From Polyangiaceae bacterium (lineage in GTDB: Bacteria > Myxococcota_A > Polyangia > Polyangiales > Polyangiaceae): DNA of 64,000 nucleotides. A program made the translations under genes and the position numbers. Location of the stretch: the NCBI GenBank assembly GCA_965222375.1, contig CBDCTZ010000014.1, forward strand, positions 1,248,001-1,312,000, written 5' to 3'. Below, piece by piece: positions 37,165-47,485 of this stretch. The notes below the pieces were generated by a model that saw nothing but the letters and a program-made list of their open reading frames with translations, had not been told where the DNA came from and did not search any database. Positions within the stretch are counted from its first letter, which is position 1. Every line of letters begins with the position of its first letter.

Positions 37165-39483
37165 TCACCTCAACTGAACTGTTGCGGAGACGGATTTGGC
37201 GCGCCCCGAGAACGGTGCAATGCGCGCGCCGCGCATGCGCGCTTCAATGCAAGAAGCCGTGGATGTGCCCGCATAGGGGCGGTTTGAAACACGAGCGACG
37301 GACACCCGACCGCTCGACGCAAACATGACCTGAACGTATGCCGCCCCTCGAGGTGCGTCCGGCGCTCGGCACCTCGATGCTCGCGCCGCCGGTCCGGCGA
37401 GCGCGGCTCTCGCTGCGCCCACGTCAAAGGTCGGGCCGCTGGGTGCGGCCGGTTTCACGACTCGAAACGGTTTGAGGAACGGATCCGAAGTCTTCGCCGA
37501 GGGCGCCTCGCTGGCATCCGGGGCAGCACTGGCTTCTGGCGGAGCACTACTGCTCGGGCTGGTGGTTTCCGTGGGCACCGGCTCTGCCGTCGCGGTTTCG
37601 GTAGGCGCTGCAGTTTCGGTCGGTGCGGTCGTTGCTGCCGTCTCGGTTGCCGAGGGGCTGCCGGCCGTCTTGTCTGGATCTTCGGCTGGTCGCATCCAGA
37701 GATAGACGATGGCGGCGACGCCAATTAGCGCGATGCCTGCCACGATCAAGAAGCCTCGGTTGGACTCCGAGTCCTGCGTGGGGTCTTGGGGGACGGCCTC
37801 GACAGGCTTGGCGGACGCGGCGGGTGTCAGCGACTCAACGGAATCGTCTAGCGGCTTCACCACGAAGGCCACGGCCGAAGCCGGCGCTTTCATGGGTTTC
37901 TTGCGTGCCGGTTTTTCGGGTGGCGGAGGCGGCGTTTCAGCGTCGTCCGCAACCATGACGGCGGGATGCTGGACGCCCGTCTTGATCCGCCGCGGAGGTT
38001 TGTGGGCGTCGGCGACTTTGACTGCGCTCGCCTCGGTGGCGCTCGCTTCGGCTTCGCCACTTGCTTTCTCTGGGCTCGGAAAGGGCGGTGGCATTGGCGG
38101 CAGCCCAGGCGCCGAAGCTTCCTTTCGCCTCGCAGGCGGGGTGGCTTCCTTTGGTGGGGTCACGGCCGCCTTTGGCGGCGGAGCGTCTTTCTTTGGCGGT
38201 GGAGCGGCCGCCTCGGGTGGTGGGGCATCCTTCTTCGTCGCGGGTGGCTTCGCCTTCGCCGGTGGGGGCTGCGGCTTTTCGTTGGAGCGGTCGACGATAC
38301 GCGGGTCACCTGAGGGAGGAGCCAACCCCTGCAGTGTGGCTAGCTTGGGTCGACCTCCCGGTGGACCATCCCCTCGCACCGAGAGGGAGTCCAACTGCGA
38401 CGGGTCGACGACGACTTCATGCACTTCGGGTTGAGAACCCATGCGCGGTCGGGTGTCCGGTTGCGAGCCCATGCGCGGCGGTGGTCCATCGGGCTGGGAG
38501 CCGAATCGCGCTGGCGGTGCCGGTGACCCAACAGCGGTTTTGGTGCGCTTGCGAGTCGTAGGCGGCTCCGGCGAGGGCGCGCTGGGGTCTTTCTCGGACT
38601 GCGGCGCCGGAACCGGGGCAGGGGGCCGCTTGATGGCACCGGGCTCACGCACACTCCACGCACTTGCGGAGGTCCTCGACTCGCCGGCGGGCGGCGCTTT
38701 GGCAGGGGGAGGTTTCGGTGGTGGGGCACCTTTCGGCTCACTGGGCGCTGGTTTGGCGGCCGCCTCGCTCGTGATGGGGCTCTCGGCGTTGCGCGACTCG
38801 CCGAACTTCGGTGCCTGAGGGCGCATGAAGCCGGGCGCGGGTTTGCGAGACAAGCCGGGCTTGGCCGGAGGCGGACCGATCTTTGGCGAAGCCTTCTCGG
38901 GCTTGAGCGGCACACCTGGAGCCTTTGCCACGGGTTCCGGTGTTGGCTCTGCAGGCTTGGCTTCGGGCTTCTCGGCAGGAGGCTTCTTGGGGGCCTCGAC
39001 CTTGCTGGGTTCCGGAGTTTCTTCTTTGACGGGTGCGGGGATGCGCTCCGGACTCTCTGCCTTGGCCGGTTCGGGCGTTGGCTCTGGAGCCTTGACCGGC
39101 TCAGGAGTGGGTTCGGGAGGCGTAGCCTTTTCCCGTTTGGGCTCGGGTTTCTTCTCAGCTTTGTCGGGTTTGGGAGCAGTTTTGGCCGCATCCTCGGGCA
39201 TCTTGGGGGGTGTCGGGGTTGCCTTGGGCGACTCCGCTTTCGTGTTGCCCTTGGCTTCCTTTTCCTGCCCCGCGGGTCGCTTCCGCGCGCTCGGCATCAC
39301 GGAGATGGTTCGTCCCACGGGTTCGTGGTGCTGGGTTCCGTCGATCTCGATGCCCTCGTGGCATTTCTTGCACTTCAGCGTGGTGACGCGGCCCTCGACG
39401 TGCTTCGCCCAGATCGAATCCGGGATTCGCAAGCGGTTCCCACACGCCTCACACACGACAAGGTAGGGCACGGATTTCAGCAT
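37165..39483 (-). CDS. Zinc-ribbon, long Pro-rich linker, TM, TonB-C-like domain (GltJ/AgmX-like architecture)
   Basis: CEACGNRLRIPD..LKCKKC; Pro/Lys/Glu-rich linker; TM FLIVAGIALIGVAAIVYLW; C-terminal FDV.AA..RC..FASSG..PYAGT.TASCI..PFSG. Confidence 0.83.
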   Translation of the reverse strand: MLKSVPYLVVCEACGNRLRIPDSIWAKHVEGRVTTLKCKKCHEGIEIDGTQHHEPVGRTISVMPSARKRPAGQEKEAKGNTKAESPKATPTPPKMPEDAAKTAPKPDKAEKKPEPKREKATPPEPTPEPVKAPEPTPEPAKAESPERIPAPVKEETPEPSKVEAPKKPPAEKPEAKPAEPTPEPVAKAPGVPLKPEKASPKIGPPPAKPGLSRKPAPGFMRPQAPKFGESRNAESPITSEAAAKPAPSEPKGAPPPKPPPAKAPPAGESRTSASAWSVREPGAIKRPPAPVPAPQSEKDPSAPSPEPPTTRKRTKTAVGSPAPPARFGSQPDGPPPRMGSQPDTRPRMGSQPEVHEVVVDPSQLDSLSVRGDGPPGGRPKLATLQGLAPPSGDPRIVDRSNEKPQPPPAKAKPPATKKDAPPPEAAAPPPKKDAPPPKAAVTPPKEATPPARRKEASAPGLPPMPPPFPSPEKASGEAEASATEASAVKVADAHKPPRRIKTGVQHPAVMVADDAETPPPPPEKPARKKPMKAPASAVAFVVKPLDDSVESLTPAASAKPVEAVPQDPTQDSESNRGFLIVAGIALIGVAAIVYLWMRPAEDPDKTAGSPSATETAATTAPTETAAPTETATAEPVPTETTSPSSSAPPEASAAPDASEAPSAKTSDPFLKPFRVVKPAAPSGPTFDVGAARAALAGPAARASRCRAPDAPRGAAYVQVMFASSGRVSVARVSNRPYAGTSTASCIEARMRGARIAPFSGRAKSVSATVQLR

Positions 39484-39606
39484 ATCGGTTTGGCGTGGTG
39501 ATTCAAGACTTCCCACGCAAACCAGGGAGATGGGTTCAGTGCGAAAACTGGGCCTCTGCTGCGACGATGTGGTTTCACAGCGTGACCAGTTCAAGCGAGG
39601 AAACCG

Positions 39607-40047
39607 ATGGAAAGCACCACTGTCGTACTTATGGAAGCGGATGCCGTGTGGCCCTGCTGGCTCGATGCTTACTCAAACGACGCGGAAACACTGTGGCAAG
39701 CCCAGGGCGACTCGGGCATGCAGTTGTTCGACGATGCTCTCGACCGAATTCGCAGCAGCGCTGCGTTCCTGAAGGCGGTTGTGGTGGTTTGCAGCCCCAC
39801 TGCCTCTCCGGCTCGGGCCGCTGCCAGGGAGACGCTGCTCCGGGGGCTGGTTTCCGCCCTCGACTTTCACGCAAATGATGCGGAGGTCGTTTTGGTCTCG
39901 GACGGTGACTACGGCACCCGCGAGGAGCTTGCCACGATGGTGTGGCAAATCAGCGGGGACCTGGAACTGGCACACTCTGACACCCGCATTCGATTCCGGG
40001 CTCAGCCGAGGTCGACGCGTCCTCCGGCACCCCTGCCCGGCGAGTAA
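39607..40047 (+). CDS. Hypothetical protein
   Basis: GAGG SD; alpha/beta pattern; fills the gap between two minus-strand genes. Confidence 0.65.
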   Translation: MESTTVVLMEADAVWPCWLDAYSNDAETLWQAQGDSGMQLFDDALDRIRSSAAFLKAVVVVCSPTASPARAAARETLLRGLVSALDFHANDAEVVLVSDGDYGTREELATMVWQISGDLELAHSDTRIRFRAQPRSTRPPAPLPGE

Positions 40048-40059
40048 GCGCTGTCGCCG

Positions 40060-41316
40060 TTAGCTCTCCGGGCGCAGGGCGCGCATGGTTTGACTGATCG
40101 ACTTCTTCAACGGCGCTTCGTTCTCGGCCCCGACTGAAGTGCCCGTGGTAAACAGTGCGAAACTGACGAGTTGGTGCAGCAGTTCCTTGAGGACGCGCTC
40201 ACGGTCTCCCGACGCCGCGACGCGACTGAGATTTTCTAGCACACGCTTTGCGTTGAGACCCCCGTCCGGGCCAGGGCCCGCGTCCCGGAGCAAGATGGGG
40301 TACAGCCCCATGCCTTGCATGAATGAATTCAGGTTTTCTCGCAGCTCCTGCTCCTTACCCGCCGCCACAGCGCTTTGGAAAACTCTGCGCAGTGCCTCAC
40401 TGGCCTGATCGATGATGGCGCCCTCTCCCCCGGGAGTTCGAGGGGCTCGGATCTTGACGTGGCCGCTGCGCACAAGCGCAAACAGCGTCTTCGTAGCTTC
40501 GAACTCGCCCATGCCGGTCAGGCGACCAAGCTCCTCGACGGATCGTTGCCCGTTGATGCGTCGGAATAGTTGCTGGGCTTGATCGCTCTTCGGTGGAGTC
40601 TCGCGTATCCGCGTGGGGACATGCTGGTCAGATGGAATCCGCTGTCGGAAGTAGTCCAACTCGTCTATTCGCGTCACCCCTTCGGACAGGAGCGCGCTTA
40701 CCGGAACCGCGTGTCCCGAGGCTAGGGCAGCCTCATCGAAGTCGTCCAGGAACGAAAACGCGCCGTTTCGAATATCGAAGGTCGCGCAGACCACCTCGCG
40801 GATTTGGTGGCCGATGTACTCGTACACGGTGCCTTCCTCTAATCCACCGACTCGAGTCGCGGCTTCGCCGAACCGCACGCCTGCCCGGCACGCCTTGAGC
40901 ACCTTCTGTAGCTCTGGCTGAGTGAGGATTCCGAACCGGAACATGACTTGGCCCAAGCGCTCGGCTGGTGCGTTCGTGCGCACACCCACGACGTTGCCGT
41001 TCTCGAAGACGATCACTCTCACGTGCTCGTTGTCGGAAATGAGGAGTCTGCCCCTCCAGCCCACCTGTCCCAAAAAGCCAAAGATGTCCGTCAAGTCCCC
41101 GCGTTTTGAAAGCTCGCCAGCGAGGCGAATGTGGCCCCCGGTTTCCCTCATCTTGCCCGCCGATACTTCGACTCCACGCATCAGCACGACGGCTGGCGGA
41201 GACGGTAGCAACCGGAAGTCTCCCACGCGATCCCGCATTCGCTTGCTGGCCAGCTTGCCTACGGGGTGCGCTATGCCGGCTTCATCGATGGCAACGAGAT
41301 CGGGATCGGTCGACAT
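40060..41316 (-). CDS. DUF4388 (PATAN-like) domain protein
   Basis: LAGEL..DLTDIFGFL..WRGRL..FENG.VV..ERLGQVM..G.F.F; INGQRSVEEL winged-helix-like segment. Confidence 0.88.
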   Translation of the reverse strand: MSTDPDLVAIDEAGIAHPVGKLASKRMRDRVGDFRLLPSPPAVVLMRGVEVSAGKMRETGGHIRLAGELSKRGDLTDIFGFLGQVGWRGRLLISDNEHVRVIVFENGNVVGVRTNAPAERLGQVMFRFGILTQPELQKVLKACRAGVRFGEAATRVGGLEEGTVYEYIGHQIREVVCATFDIRNGAFSFLDDFDEAALASGHAVPVSALLSEGVTRIDELDYFRQRIPSDQHVPTRIRETPPKSDQAQQLFRRINGQRSVEELGRLTGMGEFEATKTLFALVRSGHVKIRAPRTPGGEGAIIDQASEALRRVFQSAVAAGKEQELRENLNSFMQGMGLYPILLRDAGPGPDGGLNAKRVLENLSRVAASGDRERVLKELLHQLVSFALFTTGTSVGAENEAPLKKSISQTMRALRPES

Positions 41317-41410
41317 CAGCGGTATTGATGCATCTTAGTGCCCTGTGGGGTCCGTTGCTAGGCCGGCTCCCGACAGAGGCGCCGGGATTTCGCTAGCATT
41401 GAGCGAATCG

Positions 41411-42523
41411 ATGGGACAATTCCGCTTTCCAGACGTACCCGGCACACCACCCCCACCCGACCCGCTGGCGCCAACGAGCGAGCCGCAGGCGGTCGAATCG
41501 GAGCCGACTCTGCCAAAGGAAAAGGACAAGCCGCCCGCTACGCCTAGCCCGAAGCCGCACCGCCTACGGCGGGTGCTAGCGGTCGCCCTGCTGTTGGTGG
41601 GTTTTTGCGCTTTGGTCTTCGTCGTGGTGACAGCGATACGGCTCTATCCGTGGTTGCGCGGGCCGAGCGAATCTCGAGAGGTCATCGAGGCTCGGTGGGT
41701 CAAGTTGGAGGCTCTTGCCAAGACCGAAGAGGTTGTCGGCGACGATGCGGCACTTCTGGATGCGGCGGAAGCGGCGGCCGGCTTTGACCCGCCTCATGGC
41801 GGCGACAAGCTTCCGTTCCTGGAGCGAGATCAGCTGGAAGAACGGCATGTAGCGGCTCTCGATGGTTTCGTCGCCTGGCACGGGAAAGGTAGAGAGTATG
41901 TTGGGCCCAAGTGCGGTGATATGGACTCCCGGCGCGCTCGAGCGTCCCTGAAGCTGTACCGCTTGGGCCAACTCAGCCTGCTTTCCGCAGGCGGCAGCGA
42001 TATCGCGCAGTTCGAAGCCGTGCTTGCGTTGGCCTTGGGGCAGCGACAGCGAGGCCAGCTGGTTGACTACGCAGTCGGTGTCGCGCTGGCGAGCCGGGCC
42101 GCGGAGTGGGCCCAGGCGCGCGGGGTCACGCTCAGTCGGAACTTCGAGGGCTACCGCCCCAAGATCGGTGAGTTCCGCCGCGCATGGGCCCGAGACGCCG
42201 CCTGCGTGATGCAGTTGCTGGACGCAGAGACCGCGCCCGTCGTCACGGAGCGCAAGCGATTCTGGAGCGATGAGCAGCCTCCCTTTGGGCTTCAGCGATT
42301 GGAGCGCGAACGCTTGGTCTACAAGCAGCTGCATGGTCGCCTGATGGAGCAAGCGGTGGCGGCCGGCGACGATTACGACAAGCTCATTTCGCTGTTCGAA
42401 GAGGCCGACCGGGACAAACCCAAGAGCATGCTGCTGCTCACAACCGGGGTCTACACCAACATCGCCGCCAAGGCGGTAGGGGGAATCAAACGCTACGACG
42501 AGCTGGTTCCGAAGCATCAGTAG
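41411..42523 (+). CDS. Hypothetical bitopic membrane protein
   Basis: Pro-rich N-terminus, one TM (VLAVALLLVGFCALVFVVV), helical extracytoplasmic domain. Confidence 0.75.
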   Translation: MGQFRFPDVPGTPPPPDPLAPTSEPQAVESEPTLPKEKDKPPATPSPKPHRLRRVLAVALLLVGFCALVFVVVTAIRLYPWLRGPSESREVIEARWVKLEALAKTEEVVGDDAALLDAAEAAAGFDPPHGGDKLPFLERDQLEERHVAALDGFVAWHGKGREYVGPKCGDMDSRRARASLKLYRLGQLSLLSAGGSDIAQFEAVLALALGQRQRGQLVDYAVGVALASRAAEWAQARGVTLSRNFEGYRPKIGEFRRAWARDAACVMQLLDAETAPVVTERKRFWSDEQPPFGLQRLERERLVYKQLHGRLMEQAVAAGDDYDKLISLFEEADRDKPKSMLLLTTGVYTNIAAKAVGGIKRYDELVPKHQ

Positions 42524-42701
42524 TTCGCAGCTGGGGCTACAATGCGGCGATGCTACCCGACAGGGTCACCAAGCCACTGGAGGCATATCCGGGTTTCGGG
42601 CTGGGGGGCCGCGGATCTGTAACCGGGACCCGAACCATTTCGGGGACAACCCAAACGGGAAGGGGCTCAACTCAGCTATGGGAGTCTGAGTCTGCGTGCG
42701 C

Positions 42702-44258
42702 TCAGTGTCCGTCGCCGGGTTCGGTGACGTAGCGTGCGACAAAAAACACGCTGCCCATGATGGCGTAGCCGATGACGTAGGGCCAGGCGGGTGCTAGGTG
42801 CACGACGGTATCGCCCGGCGTGAACTTGTAGGCGTGCATCAGCCCCAACGCCGACAACACCGCCCCGACGCCACACCATGCAGCGGCGCGGACAAAGCGC
42901 CGCTCGATCACCTCGACGGTCATTGCAGCGAGGATCATGGCTGTGAAGATGAAGCCTTGTTCCAACGCGAAGGCCCCGTGGATCCAAGTATCCGAGGCCC
43001 GGAAACGCTCGATGAGTCCGGGCTCGAAGGGCGGACCACCTGGACTACCCACGCCGGCGGCGCGCAAGCCGTTCTTGGTGAGCAGTGCGCCCCAAGCGCC
43101 TACGCCGGGAAGCAGCCCGATCACCACGGCTGGGGCGTGCTCACGCTTCACGGCTTGGAAGGCCTGACTGCTGATCACGATCCCGATCCAGAGCACGATC
43201 GCCATGCCCGCATCGATGGGGACGGCCCAAACGATGTACGCGAGGGAGCCTGTCAGCAGGACCAGTGTGAAGAAGGCGCCGTTGAGCACCGAATAGCCAG
43301 CGCGAGCGCCCATGGCTTTCCAGCCGGGATGCCCGATGTAGATGGTCGTGGGGAAGCAGGAGCCAAAGGCCGCGGCGGTGAGCGTGCCGACTCCATTTAC
43401 GGCCAAAGACGGGGCGGTCGGGTAGTGATCCCCAGCCGCTTCCGCGGACTCCAGGTTTTGCAGGGAGCCGACGACGTTGAACAAGCCCATGGGAATGATG
43501 ACCGTGAGATAGGTCGTGAAGTAGCCCGAGGTGATGGACTCCACGACGTCGCCGATGACTGGGATGGGCGGGCGCAGAGAAAGGCCAGTCGGGGATTCGC
43601 TGCCGGGGGCGATGCCGGTGAGCCAGCCGAGCAGGGTGCCGAGCACGACGGCAATCAGCCCACCGGGCAGCCCGCCCTTGAAGCGGACACGACCAAAGTA
43701 GACCAGCAGCACCACGCCAAGAGTCGTCATGCCAACGATGGGGCGCGCGAAGGTCCGGAACAAGAAGCCCAGGGAGATGAAGCCCAAGGCGATGCCGGCC
43801 AGAGTGGACAGCAGCGCCGCCCTGGGCGTAGCGCGACGCAAGCGCTCAGCGACGAAGGATCCAGAGAACTCGATCAGCCCCGAGCCGATGGTAGCGGCGA
43901 GCCCCGCGAGCCAAGCCAGGCGCGCTGGATCCTCCGCGCCCGCCGCTTGGGCAGCGAGCTTGGCGGGAAGCATGACGAGAAAGACGTGGGCGAAGAGGGA
44001 GACGGTGTTGATGCCGTAGGGCAGCGCGCAGACGTCTGTGCGGCCCGTCTCCCGGGCCAGGCGCATCGCCTGTCGGGCGTAGTAGATGTTGCCGACGAGC
44101 AGCGATATCGCGACTCCGGGCAACACGCGCCCGTAGAGCAAGTCACTGGAAAAGCCCAGGACATGGCGACACAGCGCATCAATCAGCAGCAGCTGGACCA
44201 GATTGTCCAGCGCCAGTCCGAAGAAACCGTCGATGTCACCCCGGGTGATCCAGCGCAT
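42702..44258 (-). CDS. NCS2/AzgA-like nucleobase permease
   Basis: GDIDGFFGL, ALPYGIN, TPRAALLSTLAG, ESAEAAGD, PTTIYIGHPGWK.MGAR.GY. Confidence 0.9.
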   Translation of the reverse strand: MRWITRGDIDGFFGLALDNLVQLLLIDALCRHVLGFSSDLLYGRVLPGVAISLLVGNIYYARQAMRLARETGRTDVCALPYGINTVSLFAHVFLVMLPAKLAAQAAGAEDPARLAWLAGLAATIGSGLIEFSGSFVAERLRRATPRAALLSTLAGIALGFISLGFLFRTFARPIVGMTTLGVVLLVYFGRVRFKGGLPGGLIAVVLGTLLGWLTGIAPGSESPTGLSLRPPIPVIGDVVESITSGYFTTYLTVIIPMGLFNVVGSLQNLESAEAAGDHYPTAPSLAVNGVGTLTAAAFGSCFPTTIYIGHPGWKAMGARAGYSVLNGAFFTLVLLTGSLAYIVWAVPIDAGMAIVLWIGIVISSQAFQAVKREHAPAVVIGLLPGVGAWGALLTKNGLRAAGVGSPGGPPFEPGLIERFRASDTWIHGAFALEQGFIFTAMILAAMTVEVIERRFVRAAAWCGVGAVLSALGLMHAYKFTPGDTVVHLAPAWPYVIGYAIMGSVFFVARYVTEPGDGH

Positions 44259-44340
44259 GGCGTAGCCTCGGCGGCACGCTACACCACGGCGCCGCGCAGC
44301 GACACGGCAGTGCCGCGTCGCTGCGCTGTTGCCAAGAGAA

Positions 44341-44961
44341 TCAGCCCATCTTGGGCGCGGTGTCACGCCAGCCGGGAAGCTCGTTCAGGGCGGCGTTCCA
44401 GGCGCTGACGCGCTTGAACTCACCCACTGGTATCTTCGCGGGGACCGCGTAGGTGAGGTGGGATGCGACCGCAATGTCGGCAATCGTGGGTTTGTCGCCG
44501 GTGAGGTACTTGCGACCCTCCAGGTGGTTTTCGAGGATGCCCGCGTACTTCTTGAAGTCTTCCGTGGCGGTGGCGAGCTTGGCGGCGTCGGGATCCCCGG
44601 CACCGATCATGCCCTTGAGCACGTTTTCGAATGCGAAGGTGTCGCAAGGCGGCCCCCAATGCGCGAGCTCCCAATACATCCAGCGCATGATGTCGTAGCG
44701 GGCGTTGCTCTTTGGCCAGAGGTCCGTGCTATCCACCTTGGAACAGAGGTAGCCCATGATGGCATTGGACTCCCACAGCTTGACATCGCCATCCACCAGG
44801 GAGGGCACTTTGCCGTTAGGATTGATGGCCAAGTAGTCGGGCGCCTTGTGACCACCCGCCATGAAGTCGACGATCTTTTCTTCCAGCTCGAGCCCGAGCT
44901 CCTTCGCGACAGCGGCGACCTTGCGGCAGTTAGCCGACGCGGGAAATGTATAAAACTGCAT
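44341..44961 (-). CDS. Glutathione S-transferase family protein
   Basis: SANCRKV, INPNGKVPSLVDG, LWESNAI, YLTGDKPTIAD; GAGGAG SD. Confidence 0.95.
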   Translation of the reverse strand: MQFYTFPASANCRKVAAVAKELGLELEEKIVDFMAGGHKAPDYLAINPNGKVPSLVDGDVKLWESNAIMGYLCSKVDSTDLWPKSNARYDIMRWMYWELAHWGPPCDTFAFENVLKGMIGAGDPDAAKLATATEDFKKYAGILENHLEGRKYLTGDKPTIADIAVASHLTYAVPAKIPVGEFKRVSAWNAALNELPGWRDTAPKMG

Positions 44962-45232
44962 AGCCCTCTCCTCGTGTCTTTGTCTTTCTTGGTGGGCACG
45001 CCGAGACTGGCCGCCACCGTGGAGCAGAAGTCCTAGTGCGGTAGGCACGGATCCGTAAGCCGCAAGCCCCTGAATCCTGCAAGTTCGCGCAAGTGTTAAA
45101 GATTTGCGGAGCAGCTCGCGGCCATCGGATTCGAAGGGCGCGCGGAGGACCCTAACACCCAGCTTCGGTTTCACCCCACGCAGCCGGCGACGTTGTCCCC
45201 AAATCGGATGTGGGCGATGCTGCCTGCCGCTC

Positions 45233-46840
45233 ATGGCGGACCATCATGACAGCACGCTGATGCGCTACGAACGTATGCGTCAGCACGATCAGGAGTCCGT
45301 GGAGCGGCTCCTAGGCGTCGCCACGGGCTTCGTCGAGCAGGCTAGGGCATTCGTGGCGCAGTCCGATGGCAGTCACGCCAACTTCGATTCAGTGATTGGC
45401 CTAAGCCCGGAGCGGGCAGCGGGGCTGTTGCCCTTGGGCATGTACTTCTTGCGAAGCGAGAGCCTGGCGGTGGTCCCGGACACTCAGCGGGATGTGGCAC
45501 TCGCGGCGGGGTTGGGTCATGTGGCGGCGGAGATCCGCTTCGCCGCCGGAAGGCGTCTTCAGAAGTCCGATGGGTCGCTTCTGGGCGTGTTCTGCCTAGT
45601 GGCCGCGGAGCCGCAGCAATTGTCGGAGCTCACTTCGATGTCGTTGAATGCGCTAGCCGCGCAGATTCAGGCAGAGCTCCAGCGTCAGCAACATCTGGAG
45701 CAACTCTCCGCGCGGCATTTGCAGCATCTGACCGAGCTCGAATTGTTGCGGGCATTGCTCAACGCAGCGGGGCGCTACGCGATTGTCGGAACGGACCCGT
45801 CCGGGGTGGTGACCTGGTTCAGCGCGGGAGCGGAAGTCCTGCTGGGTTTCGACAAGAATGAAGTCGTCGGGCGCTGCAACTTGGTCTCGTTTCATGACGA
45901 CCTGGCGCCCCAGAGGGAGGCGAGACCCACCGCCCCACAAGCGGAAGCCTTTCGACGGCTAGTTGGCAGCGCTAGGCAAGGTGCACCCCAGGGCACGCGC
46001 TTCGTGTATCGGCGGCGCGACGGATCCACCTTCCCCGCCTGGGTGGTGATTGCGCCCATGCTCAGTGAGTCTGGCACCATCACGGGGTTCGTTGCCGTCG
46101 TGGACGATGAGAGCGAGCGCGTTGCTGCGGCGGCCGCCAAGAGCGAGTTCGTGTCAATGGTCAGTCACGAGTTGCGAACGCCCCTGACGAGCATTCTCGG
46201 GGCGTTCGGGCTGCTGGCGGGAGGCGCGGCGGGGGCTTTGCCCGACAAAGCTACGGACTTGCTCGTCATCGCCGAACGAAACGCCAGCCGCTTGCTGCAC
46301 TTGGTCAACGACATCTTGGAGATGCAGAAGCTAGACGCATCCAAACTGGAACTGCAACTTGAGCCCTGCGACTTGGTTGAGGTGCTCGAGCGCGCCCGCG
46401 CGGCGAACGCCCCCCTTGCCGAGAGTGGAGGTGTGCAGCTGAACTTCGCGTCCCCGGGCCGCGTGTTGGCGCAAGTAGACTCGGCACGGCTGGAGCAGGT
46501 GGCCACGAACTTGCTTTCCAACGCGATTCGGTACTCAGAAGCTGGCGACGCCGTGCAGCTGGGGTTGGAAGTCGTCGACGGCCAGGCGCGTATCTCCGTG
46601 AGCGACGACGGTCCGGGAATTGACCCGAAGTTCCACGACCGCATCTTCGACAGATTTGCTCAGGGGCCGGTGCAACCGAAAGGTGCCAGCAAGGGCACGG
46701 GCCTGGGACTGGCGATTGCCCGCGGGATCGTCGAACTCCACGGTGGCCGAATCCGCGTGAAAAGCGAGGTCGGGCTCGGCGCCACGTTTGTCGTGGATTT
46801 ACCCCTGGCGGCCGACGACGCTCCGGGGACGCCGCTGTAG
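45233..46840 (+). CDS. Sensor histidine kinase (divergent GAF, PAS, HisKA, HATPase)
   Basis: VSHELRTPLTSI, NLLSNAIRY, DDGPGI, FDRF, GTGLGLAI; start uncertain. Confidence 0.92.
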   Translation: MADHHDSTLMRYERMRQHDQESVERLLGVATGFVEQARAFVAQSDGSHANFDSVIGLSPERAAGLLPLGMYFLRSESLAVVPDTQRDVALAAGLGHVAAEIRFAAGRRLQKSDGSLLGVFCLVAAEPQQLSELTSMSLNALAAQIQAELQRQQHLEQLSARHLQHLTELELLRALLNAAGRYAIVGTDPSGVVTWFSAGAEVLLGFDKNEVVGRCNLVSFHDDLAPQREARPTAPQAEAFRRLVGSARQGAPQGTRFVYRRRDGSTFPAWVVIAPMLSESGTITGFVAVVDDESERVAAAAAKSEFVSMVSHELRTPLTSILGAFGLLAGGAAGALPDKATDLLVIAERNASRLLHLVNDILEMQKLDASKLELQLEPCDLVEVLERARAANAPLAESGGVQLNFASPGRVLAQVDSARLEQVATNLLSNAIRYSEAGDAVQLGLEVVDGQARISVSDDGPGIDPKFHDRIFDRFAQGPVQPKGASKGTGLGLAIARGIVELHGGRIRVKSEVGLGATFVVDLPLAADDAPGTPL

Positions 46841-47009
46841 GTCCCGGGCCACAGCTGCGCGCTGCAGGCGACCATCAGCGCATGGGCGCTGGCGAAAGGC
46901 CACGGCTCCTCCGAGTTGGCGTGAACCATGCATACGAGCGCGGAAACATTCGAGCGCCCGCCGCTCGCGTGGGCGCCGTCGAGTTCGACTTCTCGGGAGG
47001 ATCACAATC

Positions 47010-47342
47010 ATGGACGTCAAAGCGCTCACAGAAAAGCTCACAACGCTGGGCATCAGCGCCCGGCGGCAAGCTGCTCGCGGTCCTCGTTCTCTGGATCGTC
47101 GGCCGCTGGCTCATCTCGCTTGCGAGAAAACTGGTGGACCGCGCCATGGTGGCGCGCAAGGTCGACCCGACCCTGATCCGCTACGCGGATTCCACCCTGG
47201 GCGCTGGTGCTCAATGTACTTTGTCATTGAAACGACGTCCTTCGCAGCTGTCCTGGCGGCGGGCGGTGTGGCGATTGGCATGGCTTGGTCGGGGCTCATG
47301 GCCAACTTTGCGGCCGGCGCGTTCATGATCATCCTGCGCCTA
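47010..47342 (+). pseudogene. Small-conductance mechanosensitive channel MscS, frameshifted and truncated
   Basis: GGAGG SD and ATG 47010. MscS text is split over frames: MDVKALTEKL / KLLAVLVLWIVGRWLI..KVDPTLIRY / ETTSFAAVLAAGGVAIGMAWSGLMANFAAGAFMIILR, then lost. Confidence 0.85.
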
Positions 47343-47485
47343 GGGGCGGGATTGACGAAGAAAGGGAGCGGCGCATGGCTTCGCGGGTGTGGACGCTTTT
47401 CTGACGCGCGCTTGCGGTAGGAGTGCGCGCCTTTGTCCGCGCACTCTGTTCTCCAGGCAGTCTGGGTGATACAAGCTGCGGTGCC

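Noticed and set aside
42798..44408. Long 536-aa plus-strand ORF
   Set aside because: Antisense shadow of the NCS2 permease, typical of high-GC codon bias. The same applies to 17840-19318, 61194-62264, 57585-58499, 41576-42517, 8266-9258 and similar ORFs.
46788..47420. Intact 210-aa CDS
   Set aside because: Only parts match MscS; homology switches frames, so it is treated as a pseudogene.
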